DNA of 64,000 bases from NCBI GenBank assembly GCA_963745835.1, contig CAVUZH010000005.1, positions 32,001 through 96,000 of the forward strand. Direction: 5' to 3'. The position numbers and the translations under genes were made by a program. Source of the stretch: an uncultured delta proteobacterium. GTDB taxonomy: Bacteria > Desulfobacterota > Binatia > UBA9968. The notes below the pieces were generated by a model, which saw nothing but the letters and a program-made list of their open reading frames with translations, was not told the origin of the DNA and did no database searches. Shown here piece after piece: positions 27,246 to 37,561 of this stretch. Positions within the stretch are counted from its first letter, which is position 1, and the number at the start of each line of letters is the position of its first letter.

Positions 27246-29024
27246 ATGAGCGTAGCGCAACCCACTCTCGATAGCAGCGTCCGAAAACAGGCGTTGTCGT
27301 GGACACGGAAATTTTCTGTTCGAGCCGTTACCTTGGGTTCCACCATCATCGTTGTCTCTTATCTGGTTCTCGTGCCGCTCATCATGCTGCTCTACGCCAG
27401 CGTCAAAAGCACGGAAGATAAGCTGCCTTTTGAAACGGCCGGAATGACACTGGCCAATTACATAACGGTTCTGACCAGCTCTTCGACGTTGCCGATTTTT
27501 CTGAATACATTTTACTTCACCGCCGGATCATTGGCGATTGGCCTGCCGCTGGCCGTTCTCATGGCGTGGCTTTTAGAGCGCACGGCAATCCCCGCCCGCC
27601 GGTGGATCGCCGCTCTGATTCTCGTGCCGATGACGATTCCGTCGCTGCTCTCGGCGATCGCCTGGATTCAGCTGCTCGATCCGCGCATCGGTCTGGTAAA
27701 CGTTGTCTCGCGCAACCTGCTCGGCTTAACGGGAGACTCCGGACCGTTCGATATCTACACGCTCTCGGGCATGTGCTTCGTTCAAGGCTTGCGCCTGGTG
27801 CCGTCGGCGTATCTCATGATCGCGGCTTCGTTTCGCGCCATGGATCCATCACTGGAGGAACAGAGCGCCATGGCGGGTCGCGGTGTCGGCCACACGACAT
27901 TGCGCATCACTCTGCCGATCATGAGGCCGGCGCTGCTGGCGATGTTGATCTACTACATTATCGTGGTCATCGAGTCCTTTGACATTCCCGGGCTGCTCGG
28001 TTTCACCGCGCGCATTCGCGTTCTCAGCACGGCGATCTATTGGGCGACCCACTCGGAAGTCGGCTTGCCGGACTACGGTTTGGCTTCGGCTTTGGGGGCA
28101 CTGGTGTTAGCCATGGCGCTACTGCTCATGTGGGCGTACCAGCGGTTGACGGCGCACCAGGAAAGATTCACCACGATCACCGGCAAAGGATATCGTCCGC
28201 GGCAGATAAATCTTGGCGGATGGACGGCGCCGGCAACTGCGCTTTGTGTCGTCTATGTCGCGCTGGCCGTAGTGCTGCCGTTTCTGATGCTCATCTGGAC
28301 GAGCCTCCAGCCGTTCTATGCGGTCCCTTCGGCAGATTCCCTCGCGCGTGTCACTCTCGACGGATACCTGAGCATTTGGCAGGAGAGCACCATCACTCGC
28401 GCACTGTGGAATACGACGGTACTGGCGCTGGTGACCTCCGCCGCGACGATTCTGCTCGCCCTTCTGGTAAGCTGGTTTGTCGTGCGGCGCACCAGAGTTG
28501 CCGATGCCCTCTCGCATTATCTGGCGACGGTGTCATTCTTGCCGCAGTGCGTGCCGAGCATCGTCATCGGTCTGGCATTTATCTTTGTCTACGTCCGATT
28601 TCCAATTCCAATCTACGGTACCTTGTGGATCATCGCGCTGGCGATGACGACGCGATATCTCGCGTATAGCTCGCGCACGATAACTTCCGCGCTCATGCAG
28701 GTGCACGGCGAGCTGGAAGAAGCATCACAGATGTCACGCGCGCCGTGGACGCGGACCATGCGCAAAATCACCATGCCACTTTTGGCACCGGCCATGATCA
28801 ACGTCTTTTTCTGGGTGGCGGTCCACGCCATGCAGGAGCTGTCGATGGCGCTCATGCTCTACAATCCCGATACCGTAGTGGTTTCGACGATGATCTGGAG
28901 CATGTGGCAAAACGGGCGGACCACCGATGCCGCGGCTCTAGGCGTGATGTTGATCCTCTTATCTGCCGTGTTACTGCTCGGCGGACAGCTGTTTGCGCGC
29001 TTCCGGCAGGGTGCAAATCCCTAG
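27246..29024 (+). CDS. ABC transporter permease (FbpB-like, two TM repeats)
   Basis: Two EAA-type motifs (MDPSLEEQS; HGELEEASQM), ITGKGYRP, many TM helices. Confidence 0.9.
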   Translation: MSVAQPTLDSSVRKQALSWTRKFSVRAVTLGSTIIVVSYLVLVPLIMLLYASVKSTEDKLPFETAGMTLANYITVLTSSSTLPIFLNTFYFTAGSLAIGLPLAVLMAWLLERTAIPARRWIAALILVPMTIPSLLSAIAWIQLLDPRIGLVNVVSRNLLGLTGDSGPFDIYTLSGMCFVQGLRLVPSAYLMIAASFRAMDPSLEEQSAMAGRGVGHTTLRITLPIMRPALLAMLIYYIIVVIESFDIPGLLGFTARIRVLSTAIYWATHSEVGLPDYGLASALGALVLAMALLLMWAYQRLTAHQERFTTITGKGYRPRQINLGGWTAPATALCVVYVALAVVLPFLMLIWTSLQPFYAVPSADSLARVTLDGYLSIWQESTITRALWNTTVLALVTSAATILLALLVSWFVVRRTRVADALSHYLATVSFLPQCVPSIVIGLAFIFVYVRFPIPIYGTLWIIALAMTTRYLAYSSRTITSALMQVHGELEEASQMSRAPWTRTMRKITMPLLAPAMINVFFWVAVHAMQELSMALMLYNPDTVVVSTMIWSMWQNGRTTDAAALGVMLILLSAVLLLGGQLFARFRQGANP

Positions 29025-29131
29025 CCCGGCCCTTGATTCTTGGCGAGCTTGCCGGCATTGCGGGAGAATCCGGAATTTCACTCGCGCCAAGCCGCCAAGA
29101 GCGAAAAGCTTCGGAATAAGTCGCTTTCGAA

Positions 29132-30247
29132 ATGATCACAGTTAAAGATCTGCAAAAATCTTTCGCCGGAGCTAGAGGCGAAGTCCGCGCGCTTCGCGGC
29201 GTCTCCTTTGAAGTGGGCAAAGGCGAGTTGTTTACGTTGCTCGGTCCTAGCGGCTGCGGCAAGACGACGACGCTTCGCTGTATTGCCGGATTGGAGCAGC
29301 CCCTCGCGGGCGAAATTGTGATCGACGATCATCCGGTTTTCAGCGCCGCCGGCGGTATCTTTATTCCGCCGGAGCGGCGCAATATCGGCATGGTTTTTCA
29401 ATCCTACGCGATCTGGCCGCACATGACCGTCTTTCAGAATGTCGCCTATCCGCTGACCAGAGACGTGAGCCGCGCTGAGATTGGCGAACGGGTCGGCAGG
29501 ATACTCGACCGGTTAAGTCTTGGTCAGCTGTCGGATCGGCTCGCGCCCAACTTGAGTGGCGGTCAGCAGCAGCGGGTGGCGCTGGCGCGAGCGCTGGTGG
29601 CGCAGCCGCAGGTGCTGCTCCTGGACGAGCCGCTCAGCAATCTCGACGCTAAATTGCGCGAGCAGATGCGGTTCGAGCTTAAAGCACTGCAGGAGTCGTT
29701 CGCCATTACAACGGTGTATGTCACCCATGATCAGGAGGAGGCGCTCGCGCTATCGGATCGCATCGGTCTCATGCATGAAGGCGCGCTGATCGAGATCGGT
29801 TCGCCGGCCGATCTTTATCTCCGCCCCGCGCACCGAGTTACGGCGGATTTTCTGGGTACAGCGAATTTTATCCCAGCAGAAGTCGAACTCGATGGCAGCG
29901 GACCGTGGGATGGAATGCTTCTGGCGACGCCGCTTGGCTCATTCGGCGCGCAGCGCAGCGTGGAATGGCAATCGGGAATGACGGCGCAGTTGTTCTTTCG
30001 TCCGGAATCCGTCGAGTTTCTCGATGAAGCAGTTGCTGTTGCGGATATTGCGCGGAATCACTGCACGGGCTCGATCGAGCGTGTTACCTTTCTCGGCAGT
30101 TCAGCAGACGTGATCATTCGATGTAGCGACCTCAAAGTCCGCGCGAGAACTCATCCTGCGCGCGCTCCGGCAGTGGGGCAAGCCGTGCGTTTTCGCGTAG
30201 CGCAGAGCTCGTGTATCGTTTTTCCGAGTCGAACTATGAATAGCTAG
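29132..30247 (+). CDS. ABC transporter ATP-binding protein (PotA/FbpC-like, TOBE domain)
   Basis: GPSGCGKT, LSGGQQQ, LLLDEPLSNLD, VTHDQEEA. Confidence 0.95.
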   Translation: MITVKDLQKSFAGARGEVRALRGVSFEVGKGELFTLLGPSGCGKTTTLRCIAGLEQPLAGEIVIDDHPVFSAAGGIFIPPERRNIGMVFQSYAIWPHMTVFQNVAYPLTRDVSRAEIGERVGRILDRLSLGQLSDRLAPNLSGGQQQRVALARALVAQPQVLLLDEPLSNLDAKLREQMRFELKALQESFAITTVYVTHDQEEALALSDRIGLMHEGALIEIGSPADLYLRPAHRVTADFLGTANFIPAEVELDGSGPWDGMLLATPLGSFGAQRSVEWQSGMTAQLFFRPESVEFLDEAVAVADIARNHCTGSIERVTFLGSSADVIIRCSDLKVRARTHPARAPAVGQAVRFRVAQSSCIVFPSRTMNS

Positions 30248-30340
30248 AATTACTTCGCCCACTGAGTGGGAGAGGCAAGGTGAGGATGTCAACGCAACAA
30301 ACAGCCGTTCCATCATCTAATCGATATTTAGGAGGGAGTC

Positions 30341-31291
30341 GTGGCATTGTCGGAATCGCTCAACGATCATGAGCGAAATAGCCGCATCGAGTGGAGCCTC
30401 TACTATAACATGCTCGTGACGCGGCGTTTCGAAGAAGCTTTGCTCCGCTGGGAGCATCAAGGGAAGATTGCGGCGCAAACCTTTCCGAGCAAGGGGCAGG
30501 AAGCGGTTGCCATCGGTTGCTGCCTGGCGTTGGAGAGAGGAGACGCGGTGATACCGTCGTTTCGCACCCGCGGCGCCATGGTCGGGATGGGCGTGAATAT
30601 CGCCGAGCAATTGCGAGAGTTTTTGCATACCCCGCTCGCCGCCGGTGATTCGCGCGACGCGCCGCACCATAGCTCATGGCCGGAGCGTGGTGTCATGCCG
30701 GGCTCGACCATGATCGGCGGTCACCTCGCGATGGCGGTGGGTCTGGCGCTGGCGATGCAGTTTGACAAGCAACCGGCGGTAAGCGTCGCATTCTTTGGCG
30801 ACGGCACGTTGGGCTCGGGCGATTTACATGAGAGCATGCACATTGCTGGAGCTTGGGGGCTTCCGCTAATTTTCGTGTGCGAGAACAACGGCTGGGAAAT
30901 GTCCACCCCGTGGTCGAAGACCCGCAAAACCCGTTCGTTGATCCCCTATGCCGAGCCCTTTGGCTTTGCCGCGCGCTCTGTGGACGGCAACGATGCGCTG
31001 GACGTCTATCATTCGATGCGCTGGGCGCGCGGGGTGGCGCTAAGCGGTCGACCGGTTTTTCTGGATTGCCTTACCTTTCGCAGCGGTCTTTACAGCTCTC
31101 ACTTCGGCGAGGTGCGATCAGGCATCGAAGAGGATCTCGCTGAAGCCGAACGCCGCGATCCTTTGAAGCGGATGGCGGATTGGTTGATGGACCACGGAGT
31201 CGCCACAGGTGAGGATCTAGAGAAATTGGCGCAGGAAGAAGACCAGAGACTGGAAATTACGTTCAGCGAAGTCTTAGCCGAACTAAAATAA
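30341..31291 (+). CDS. ThDP-dependent dehydrogenase E1 alpha-like subunit (atypical)
   Basis: GQEA, FFGDG...ENNGW ThDP motif, VDGND, RDPL. Confidence 0.85.
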   Translation: MALSESLNDHERNSRIEWSLYYNMLVTRRFEEALLRWEHQGKIAAQTFPSKGQEAVAIGCCLALERGDAVIPSFRTRGAMVGMGVNIAEQLREFLHTPLAAGDSRDAPHHSSWPERGVMPGSTMIGGHLAMAVGLALAMQFDKQPAVSVAFFGDGTLGSGDLHESMHIAGAWGLPLIFVCENNGWEMSTPWSKTRKTRSLIPYAEPFGFAARSVDGNDALDVYHSMRWARGVALSGRPVFLDCLTFRSGLYSSHFGEVRSGIEEDLAEAERRDPLKRMADWLMDHGVATGEDLEKLAQEEDQRLEITFSEVLAELK

Positions 31292-31383
31292 TGGCCCGCG
31301 ATGAGATGTAGGGGCGTCCATCGAAAGCACCTTCACGTCATGCTCGACTGCGGGCGCGGATACTAGGGGAGGCAGAATAAGGA

Positions 31384-32342
31384 ATGGCTAACATCACCTA
31401 TCGCGATGCCGTTGGCAAAGCGTTGCAGGATTCCATGCGAGAGGAGTCCCGGTTAATCATCATTGGTCAAAATCTCACCGGCCATGCGCTGAAGTCGCTA
31501 GCCGAAACCTACGGTGCCGAGCGCGTGCGTGACTGTTCAATCAGCGAGAGCGCCATGGTTGGAATCGCAGTGGGCGCGGCAATGAAGGGGATGAAAGCCG
31601 TGGTGATGATCGCCTACGCTGACATCGCTTCCGTCTGTCATATGGCAATTGTCCAGAGCGCGGCTAAGCTGCACTATCTCAGCAATGGACGATTGAATTG
31701 TCCGGTTATCATTCGTTTGCCGATCGCCCGATTTCGCGGTCATGGACCCGAAGGCAACGAAGTCGGCGTCTCCTGGTTCTACAATGTTCCGGATCTCAAC
31801 ATCGCGATGCCTGGTTCAGCCAACGAGGCCTACTGGAGCTTTCGCGAGGCATTGAAGCGGCCGACGCCGACGTTATTCTTCGAGGATCGATCGATTCACA
31901 ACCGAGTCGGTGAAATTGCTGCCGAGAATCCCGTGGCGAATGCCCAGGTCACCCGATCGGGCGGCTCGGCTGACGATTATCGCCGCCGGGCGGGCCGCAG
32001 CGCTTGCGGAAGATGCCGCGGACGAAGTTGCCCGTGAGGGTCAATCCGCGAGCGATCGAAGTGGTCAGCTTGGGTTTGATCAAGCCGCTGGATCAAGAGA
32101 CGGTTCTACAATCAGCAAGTAAGACCGGCAGGGTGCTTATTGTTCAAGACGAGCCACCTTATGGCGGATATGCGCTTTACCTGCGTTCGTTACTGGATAA
32201 GCTTCCCTCCGGCCGGCTCAAAGTTGCGCCACGCATCATTCACGGCGCGGAGCAATTTTTGCCATATTACGATGAGACGTCCTTCTTGCCGTCGGTAGCA
32301 AATGTTGTCGCAGCCGCCAAAGAGCTCATACAGATAACCTGA
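31384..32342 (+). CDS. ThDP-dependent dehydrogenase E1 beta-like subunit (two apparent frameshifts near 31962 and 32054)
   Basis: YGAERVRDCSISESAMVG.AVGAA. Continues in a second frame (RLTIIAAG) and a third (IEVVSLGLIKPLD, SASKTGRVL). Probably intact in vivo. Confidence 0.8.
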
Positions 32343-32480
32343 GGATGGCACTGTGCCGGATGGCAGGGGATCGTCGGCAACTTCATGGTTTACCAGAGCG
32401 GTTGACGAGCGCGTCCTGTAAATAGATGCGCGAGCAGCTCAGGCCGCGAATAAAAAGATCGAGAAACGATTCCCTGCTAA

Positions 32481-33581
32481 CTAGTGCTTCAATCCATAGA
32501 ACCTTGCCGCATTACCGTAGAGAATCGCCTCCTTCGCCGATGCGCTGATCTCCTCGTTCTCGCGCAGCTCACGGATTTCTTTCTGCACGGTGTGAGTGTT
32601 CACTTCATGAGGGAAGTCGGAGGAAAAGATAAACGCTCCTTCGCCGCCGACTTTGATCGCATAGGGCAGGTCCGATTCGCCGCCTTCGATGCCCACCACC
32701 AGCCGGCCGTCTTCAACGAGCTTGCGGACATAGTCAGCAATGGTTTGACCCTGCGGCAGTTGGAGCAACTCTCCGCGCGGATTGATCGGCACGCCCGCTT
32801 CGAAGGAGCGAGTAAGCCGCGCGATCGCCATTAGAAACCACATAGGTCCACCTTCCAAATAGGCGACCCGAAGTCCCTTGTAACGTTCGAACAGATTGTT
32901 GAGCAGCATTTCTGTCAACGCGATCGCAAGAGACATTGGATGTCCAATGGCATTGGCGCCGGTGGAAATATTCATCGTGTCCATCCCGAGATCCCAATGG
33001 CCCCCGCCATGGACCACGACGGGACAGCCCAGTCGCGCCGCTTCCTCATAAACCGGCCAGTAGGGTTTGGCGCCGAGATTCAATTGCACTGCTGTGGCCG
33101 GGAACAAGACTCCGGAAAAACCTAATTTCGTATAGGCGCGGTTCAACTCCTCGACGGCGGCCTCGGCATCGTGCATCGGGATGAGAGCAATGCCTTTGAA
33201 ACGGGCATCACGTTGCAGATAGGCTTCGGCCAGCCAGTCGTTGTAGGCGCGCGCTGCTCCGAAGGCATAGTCGCGATCGACGATGCGGCCGATGCGCTGG
33301 CCGTGTGTCGGGAACAGAACGGTATATTCGAAGCCGGTCTGATCCAGAAATTGGAGCCAGCCTTCCGGCCCCGGGTTGTGAAACTGACCATCGGCGCCGG
33401 CGCCGAACGCGCCGGGCGGGGTTCGGGTGAGAGAATACTGCATGTGGCTGTTGGCGGGGAACAAGCCATTTCGGAACGTTATCCGGCCGGTTTCGACGCT
33501 ATAGGGAAAGTGCCGGGCGATTGCCTGGTTGTCCTCGAAAACATGGCCGTCGCCGTCAATAATCTTCAACTGATCTTTCAT
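32481..33581 (-). CDS. Amidohydrolase_2 family metal-dependent hydrolase/decarboxylase
   Basis: IIDGDGH, VLFPT, ARAYNDWL, VVVHG, AYLEGG, FSSDFPH, ILYGNAARFY. GGAGG RBS before ATG 33581. Confidence 0.9.
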   Translation of the reverse strand: MKDQLKIIDGDGHVFEDNQAIARHFPYSVETGRITFRNGLFPANSHMQYSLTRTPPGAFGAGADGQFHNPGPEGWLQFLDQTGFEYTVLFPTHGQRIGRIVDRDYAFGAARAYNDWLAEAYLQRDARFKGIALIPMHDAEAAVEELNRAYTKLGFSGVLFPATAVQLNLGAKPYWPVYEEAARLGCPVVVHGGGHWDLGMDTMNISTGANAIGHPMSLAIALTEMLLNNLFERYKGLRVAYLEGGPMWFLMAIARLTRSFEAGVPINPRGELLQLPQGQTIADYVRKLVEDGRLVVGIEGGESDLPYAIKVGGEGAFIFSSDFPHEVNTHTVQKEIRELRENEEISASAKEAILYGNAARFYGLKH

Positions 33582-33671
33582 CGCATCCTCCTTGCCACTT
33601 ACGATTTGCGCTCGAGTTTTGGTCGTTAACCATAGCTCATATCGGGATAAACTTTTCAAATCCGGGTTTAA

Positions 33672-34724
33672 TCAATGCGCCGGACTAGTATTGTACAGCC
33701 GATCAATGAAGCCACTCTCATCGAGCTTACGCAAGATGCGATCGTCGACCAGTTCCTCGACTTTCGTGTTCTCCACTTTCGGATTTCGTATTTTCATCAG
33801 TCTTTGAATGTTGCGCAATCCCTCCAACGAAGGGTAGGGTTTTCGGTCCAAGCCTAACGCCATATCCTTGAATCCCTCTTCAGCCTCACTGGGGCTTACC
33901 CGGAGGCGGCGCTGCAGTAACTGCAGAGTCGCAGGCTTATTGCCAGGCGCGTGTACGAAAGCGATTCCCTCAAGTAGAGCGCTCAGCAAATTTTCAGTGA
34001 CTTGAGAATTTTGTTGAATGTAAGAACTGCGCGCGACGACGCCGAGGCTCGAGATCGGAATGTTGTACCTGCCTAATTCCGCTAAGATCGGAAAACCTTT
34101 GTCATGCAACCGCCGGCTAAAAACCATGTCGACGAGTGCCGCGTCGACCCTGCCGTCCTCTAGCGCCTGACTGAGAACGGCCGCATCGCCAATCGCGAGA
34201 AAGCGAATGTCATCCCGGTTAACATCTAGCCCCAGGCGCTCCAAACCCAAAATGGCGCTCATCCACAACGTCCCACCGATGGCGGCCGTGCCGAAGCGTT
34301 TACCGCGCAGTTCCTCAGCGTTCTTGACACCCGGACGCGCTACCAGATCGAGCGTTATCCGGTTGGTCAAAACAGCAAGGATTTTCAAATTGAATCCCGC
34401 GACACTTGCCCCCAGAACAGCCGTTCCACCTGTGAGACCAAAGTGCATATCGCCGGAACTTAAGGCCGCGAGAAGAGTCGGCGCCCCGCGGACAAAAACA
34501 AGTTCGGCATTGATACCGTTTTTGGTGAAAAATCCTCGCTCTTGGGCAGCCCAGAGCGGTGCCACCCTGGGGCTCATGGCCGCATAAGCGATTACGAGTT
34601 TCGCGGGTGCCGAGGCCGCCCCGACGGGAAAGCTAATTGCCAGGAACGCTATTGCGGCCAACAAGAACAATCTGTAGGGACTCATCAGCTTGACCCTTCT
34701 GTTCCTGTGCACCGCGCGCTTCAT
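33672..34724 (-). CDS. ABC-type substrate-binding protein, NMT1/THI5/SsuA family
   Basis: Signal peptide, GFFTKNGI, ELRGKRFG, KPYPSLEG, C-terminal DDRILRKLDESGFIDRLY. Confidence 0.85.
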   Translation of the reverse strand: MKRAVHRNRRVKLMSPYRLFLLAAIAFLAISFPVGAASAPAKLVIAYAAMSPRVAPLWAAQERGFFTKNGINAELVFVRGAPTLLAALSSGDMHFGLTGGTAVLGASVAGFNLKILAVLTNRITLDLVARPGVKNAEELRGKRFGTAAIGGTLWMSAILGLERLGLDVNRDDIRFLAIGDAAVLSQALEDGRVDAALVDMVFSRRLHDKGFPILAELGRYNIPISSLGVVARSSYIQQNSQVTENLLSALLEGIAFVHAPGNKPATLQLLQRRLRVSPSEAEEGFKDMALGLDRKPYPSLEGLRNIQRLMKIRNPKVENTKVEELVDDRILRKLDESGFIDRLYNTSPAH

Positions 34725-34832
34725 AGTTCAATCGCTGTACTCCGTTGAAACCGTTTACCGAAAACAGCCATCCAAATACTCAAAATTAACCCAAGGGAAA
34801 GTTCCACGTTTACTTTTTTAGTTCTGCATCGA

Positions 34833-35975
34833 TTATCTCGCCGGTAAATTCTCTTCCTTCAGGTTAAACCAATTTCGCGCGTTGTCACCGAGCACGTGGC
34901 GCAGCTTGTCTTCGGTCATCCCGGGGATTTTTCTGACTTGGTACACGGAGTTGGGAAATTCTGAATCCCAGTGGCGGTAATCCGACGCGTACATCACTTG
35001 AGTGATGCCGATGGTGTCGAGGACGTAGGGCAGAATGGTTTCCTCCGGCTCACAGGTAAAAGCCACCTGGGAGCTTTTTACAATTTCGGATGGCTGGCGT
35101 TTCAAAAGCGGCCATTGCGGCCGGAGCTTGTGAAAATGCTCATCCATGCGCTCGGCCCAAAACGGCACCCAACCACACGCGCCTTCCATGAAAGCGATTT
35201 TAAGTTTGGGATAACGATCGAAGACTCCTTCGCCGATCAAGTGCATGAGCGCGATCATCAGCTCGAATGGAAACGCGGTCATGTGCACGTAGCTGTATTT
35301 CTCCATGCGCTCGCTGCCGGCGCCCATCACTCCCCAGACGCCGTATTGCCCATCGTGCTCCGTTTGCGGATGGACCGACAGCGGCATGCCAATCTCTTGT
35401 GCGGCGGCGTAAACGGGATCGAACATACGGTGCCCCAAATTGATGCCGTAAACGTTCGTCGGCAGCATGGCCGTGACGATCGAGCGCTGCTGCGCGAGAA
35501 ATTCCAACTCCTTCACGGCTGCAGCTGGATCCTGCAACGGAATCAGACCGACGCCCTTCAAGCGTTTTGGATCGGGCGCGAGGTATTCTTCGACCAACCA
35601 GCGATTGACCGCATGGCACACCGCGGCCGCCAAGGGTTTGTCGGCCATGCCGTTGACCATGAGCGCGATAGAGGTGCCGAAGATGATGGCGACGTCGATG
35701 CCTTCTTCGTCCATGTCGGGCAGGCGCTTCAGCGGATCGGTCATGCCGGGACGGCTGCGTTCAATGTGCGCTGCGAACACCTCGCCGCGGTCCGGACCGC
35801 CGCCCCAACGGCGTCGCGCCGCGAGCCGGCCTTCGATCATCAAGTGCGAATAGCCAGAACTGTCGGTCACACGATTGGGCGCCAGATGAGCAAGCTCTTT
35901 CGGCATCCATTTCGCAAGCTCACTATCGGGCTCATAGCAGTGGCCATCGGCATCGATGACTAGACTTCTCGTCAT
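34833..35975 (-). CDS. Amidohydrolase_2 family metal-dependent hydrolase/decarboxylase
   Basis: VIDADGH, RLPDMDEEGID, LSVHP, FMEG, YASDYRHWD, LGDNA. Confidence 0.9.
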   Translation of the reverse strand: MTRSLVIDADGHCYEPDSELAKWMPKELAHLAPNRVTDSSGYSHLMIEGRLAARRRWGGGPDRGEVFAAHIERSRPGMTDPLKRLPDMDEEGIDVAIIFGTSIALMVNGMADKPLAAAVCHAVNRWLVEEYLAPDPKRLKGVGLIPLQDPAAAVKELEFLAQQRSIVTAMLPTNVYGINLGHRMFDPVYAAAQEIGMPLSVHPQTEHDGQYGVWGVMGAGSERMEKYSYVHMTAFPFELMIALMHLIGEGVFDRYPKLKIAFMEGACGWVPFWAERMDEHFHKLRPQWPLLKRQPSEIVKSSQVAFTCEPEETILPYVLDTIGITQVMYASDYRHWDSEFPNSVYQVRKIPGMTEDKLRHVLGDNARNWFNLKEENLPAR

Positions 35976-36332
35976 AATTCCTCCAAGCCGTATTCGAGAT
36001 TGCTATCTTCCTAGTCGGCTTCTCCGGCGAATGCAACCGATTCAACCACTGATTCTCTGCTCAATCGAATGGTGATTATCAGTGCGGCGCGAACTCGATA
36101 CGCTCTTGGAAGCATGCAGAAAATCGACAGGGTAAGACCTGAGTTGATATGTTTTTCCTGATGGCTCGCGGCGTCTCGTGCGTGCTTCGTACGTAGATGC
36201 TCTAAAGATCAAGATTGCGAGCCGGCATTGAGTCGGTCTCGAAGTGCGCCGATCAGTTTTTTGCCCGCCATTACACGAGCAGGCGGAAAGTTGACTCCCT
36301 TTCCCGTGATGTTATTAACAGTCAACACCGGA

Positions 36333-37295
36333 ATGGAAGCAAGTTTCGATACGAAGCCAAAACTCGGCATCAGCGCGTGTTTGCTCGGTCAGAAGGTCCG
36401 CTTCGACGGCGGTCATAAGCGCGAACAGTTTCTGACCGATCTGTTTGGCAGGTTCGTTGAATGGATTCCGATCTGCCCGGAGGTCGAAGTCGGCATGGGT
36501 GTGCCGCGCGAGAGCGTTCGTCTGGTGGGCACGCCTTCCAATCCGAAAATGATCGCCGATAAATCGGGCAGAGACTGGACTGCTGCGATGAGCCAGTTCG
36601 CGGCGAAGCGGCTGCGCGACATGGCTGAAATAAGTTTGTCGGGTTACGTCTTGAAAAAGAATTCACCTAGTTGCGGCATGGAGCGTGTAAGAGTTTATAG
36701 CTCCAAAGGCATGCCGGAGCGGCAAGGCCGAGGTCTTTTTGCCGCCGCGCTGATGGAACAGTGGCCGCTTTTGCCGATCGAAGAAGAAGGGCGCCTAAAC
36801 GATTTAAAGCTCCGAGAGAACTTTATCGAACGAGTTTTCGCCTACCATCGCTGGCAACAAGCATCAGCCCAGCGAAAATCGCTGGGAGCGCTGGTGCGCT
36901 TTCATACGCGCCACAAATATTTGTTGCTCGCACATAGTCAACGTCATTATCGCCAACTGGGTAGGCTGGTGGCGACGGCGAAACAAAGATCGCTTGGCGC
37001 ACTTTACGACGACTACGGGATGGTTTTTATGAAGGCCTTAGCGGTTCACGCCACCGAGAAAACCCATGCCAATGTCTTGGATCATATGATGGGATATTTC
37101 TCCAAGCAATTGACCGCATCTGAGAGACAAGAACTGTTGCAGCTAATCGGCGATTTTCGCCACCAACTCATTCCCTTGATCGCGCCGATCACGTTGGTGC
37201 GGCACTATACCAAGAAATATCAAGTCGAGTATTTGCAGGGTCAGCTGTACTTGGAACCTAATCCGAAGGAGCTGATGCTGCGAAATCATGTCTAG
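36333..37295 (+). CDS. DUF523 (TudS, 4Fe-4S desulfidase)-DUF1722 (YbgA) fusion protein
   Basis: GISACLLG..VRFDGGHK, CPEVE.GMG.PR, KKNSPSCG, EEEGRL, FHTRHKYLL, YL..Q.YL.P.P.EL.LRNHV. Confidence 0.9.
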   Translation: MEASFDTKPKLGISACLLGQKVRFDGGHKREQFLTDLFGRFVEWIPICPEVEVGMGVPRESVRLVGTPSNPKMIADKSGRDWTAAMSQFAAKRLRDMAEISLSGYVLKKNSPSCGMERVRVYSSKGMPERQGRGLFAAALMEQWPLLPIEEEGRLNDLKLRENFIERVFAYHRWQQASAQRKSLGALVRFHTRHKYLLLAHSQRHYRQLGRLVATAKQRSLGALYDDYGMVFMKALAVHATEKTHANVLDHMMGYFSKQLTASERQELLQLIGDFRHQLIPLIAPITLVRHYTKKYQVEYLQGQLYLEPNPKELMLRNHV

Positions 37296-37561
37296 CAAAA
37301 GACTTCCCGGTGCATGAAATGGTTTGGCTCAAAAACGATAACGCAGCACGGACGCGTGATTCTATAATCGTCTTGGGAAGCACATGATTCTCATGGTGGC
37401 CCAAAAAACTAGCCTGCTTTCAATCGTCGTGCCGAGCCTTTAAATCCGTAGCGTGATATATGTCGGTGGATGTGCGTTTCCGCCCAGCCGGACGGCGTCT
37501 CATTTAATACGCCTTTTTTCATTGAATAACCTTTCGCGGCGGCTGTGTCAGCGTAGCCGCG

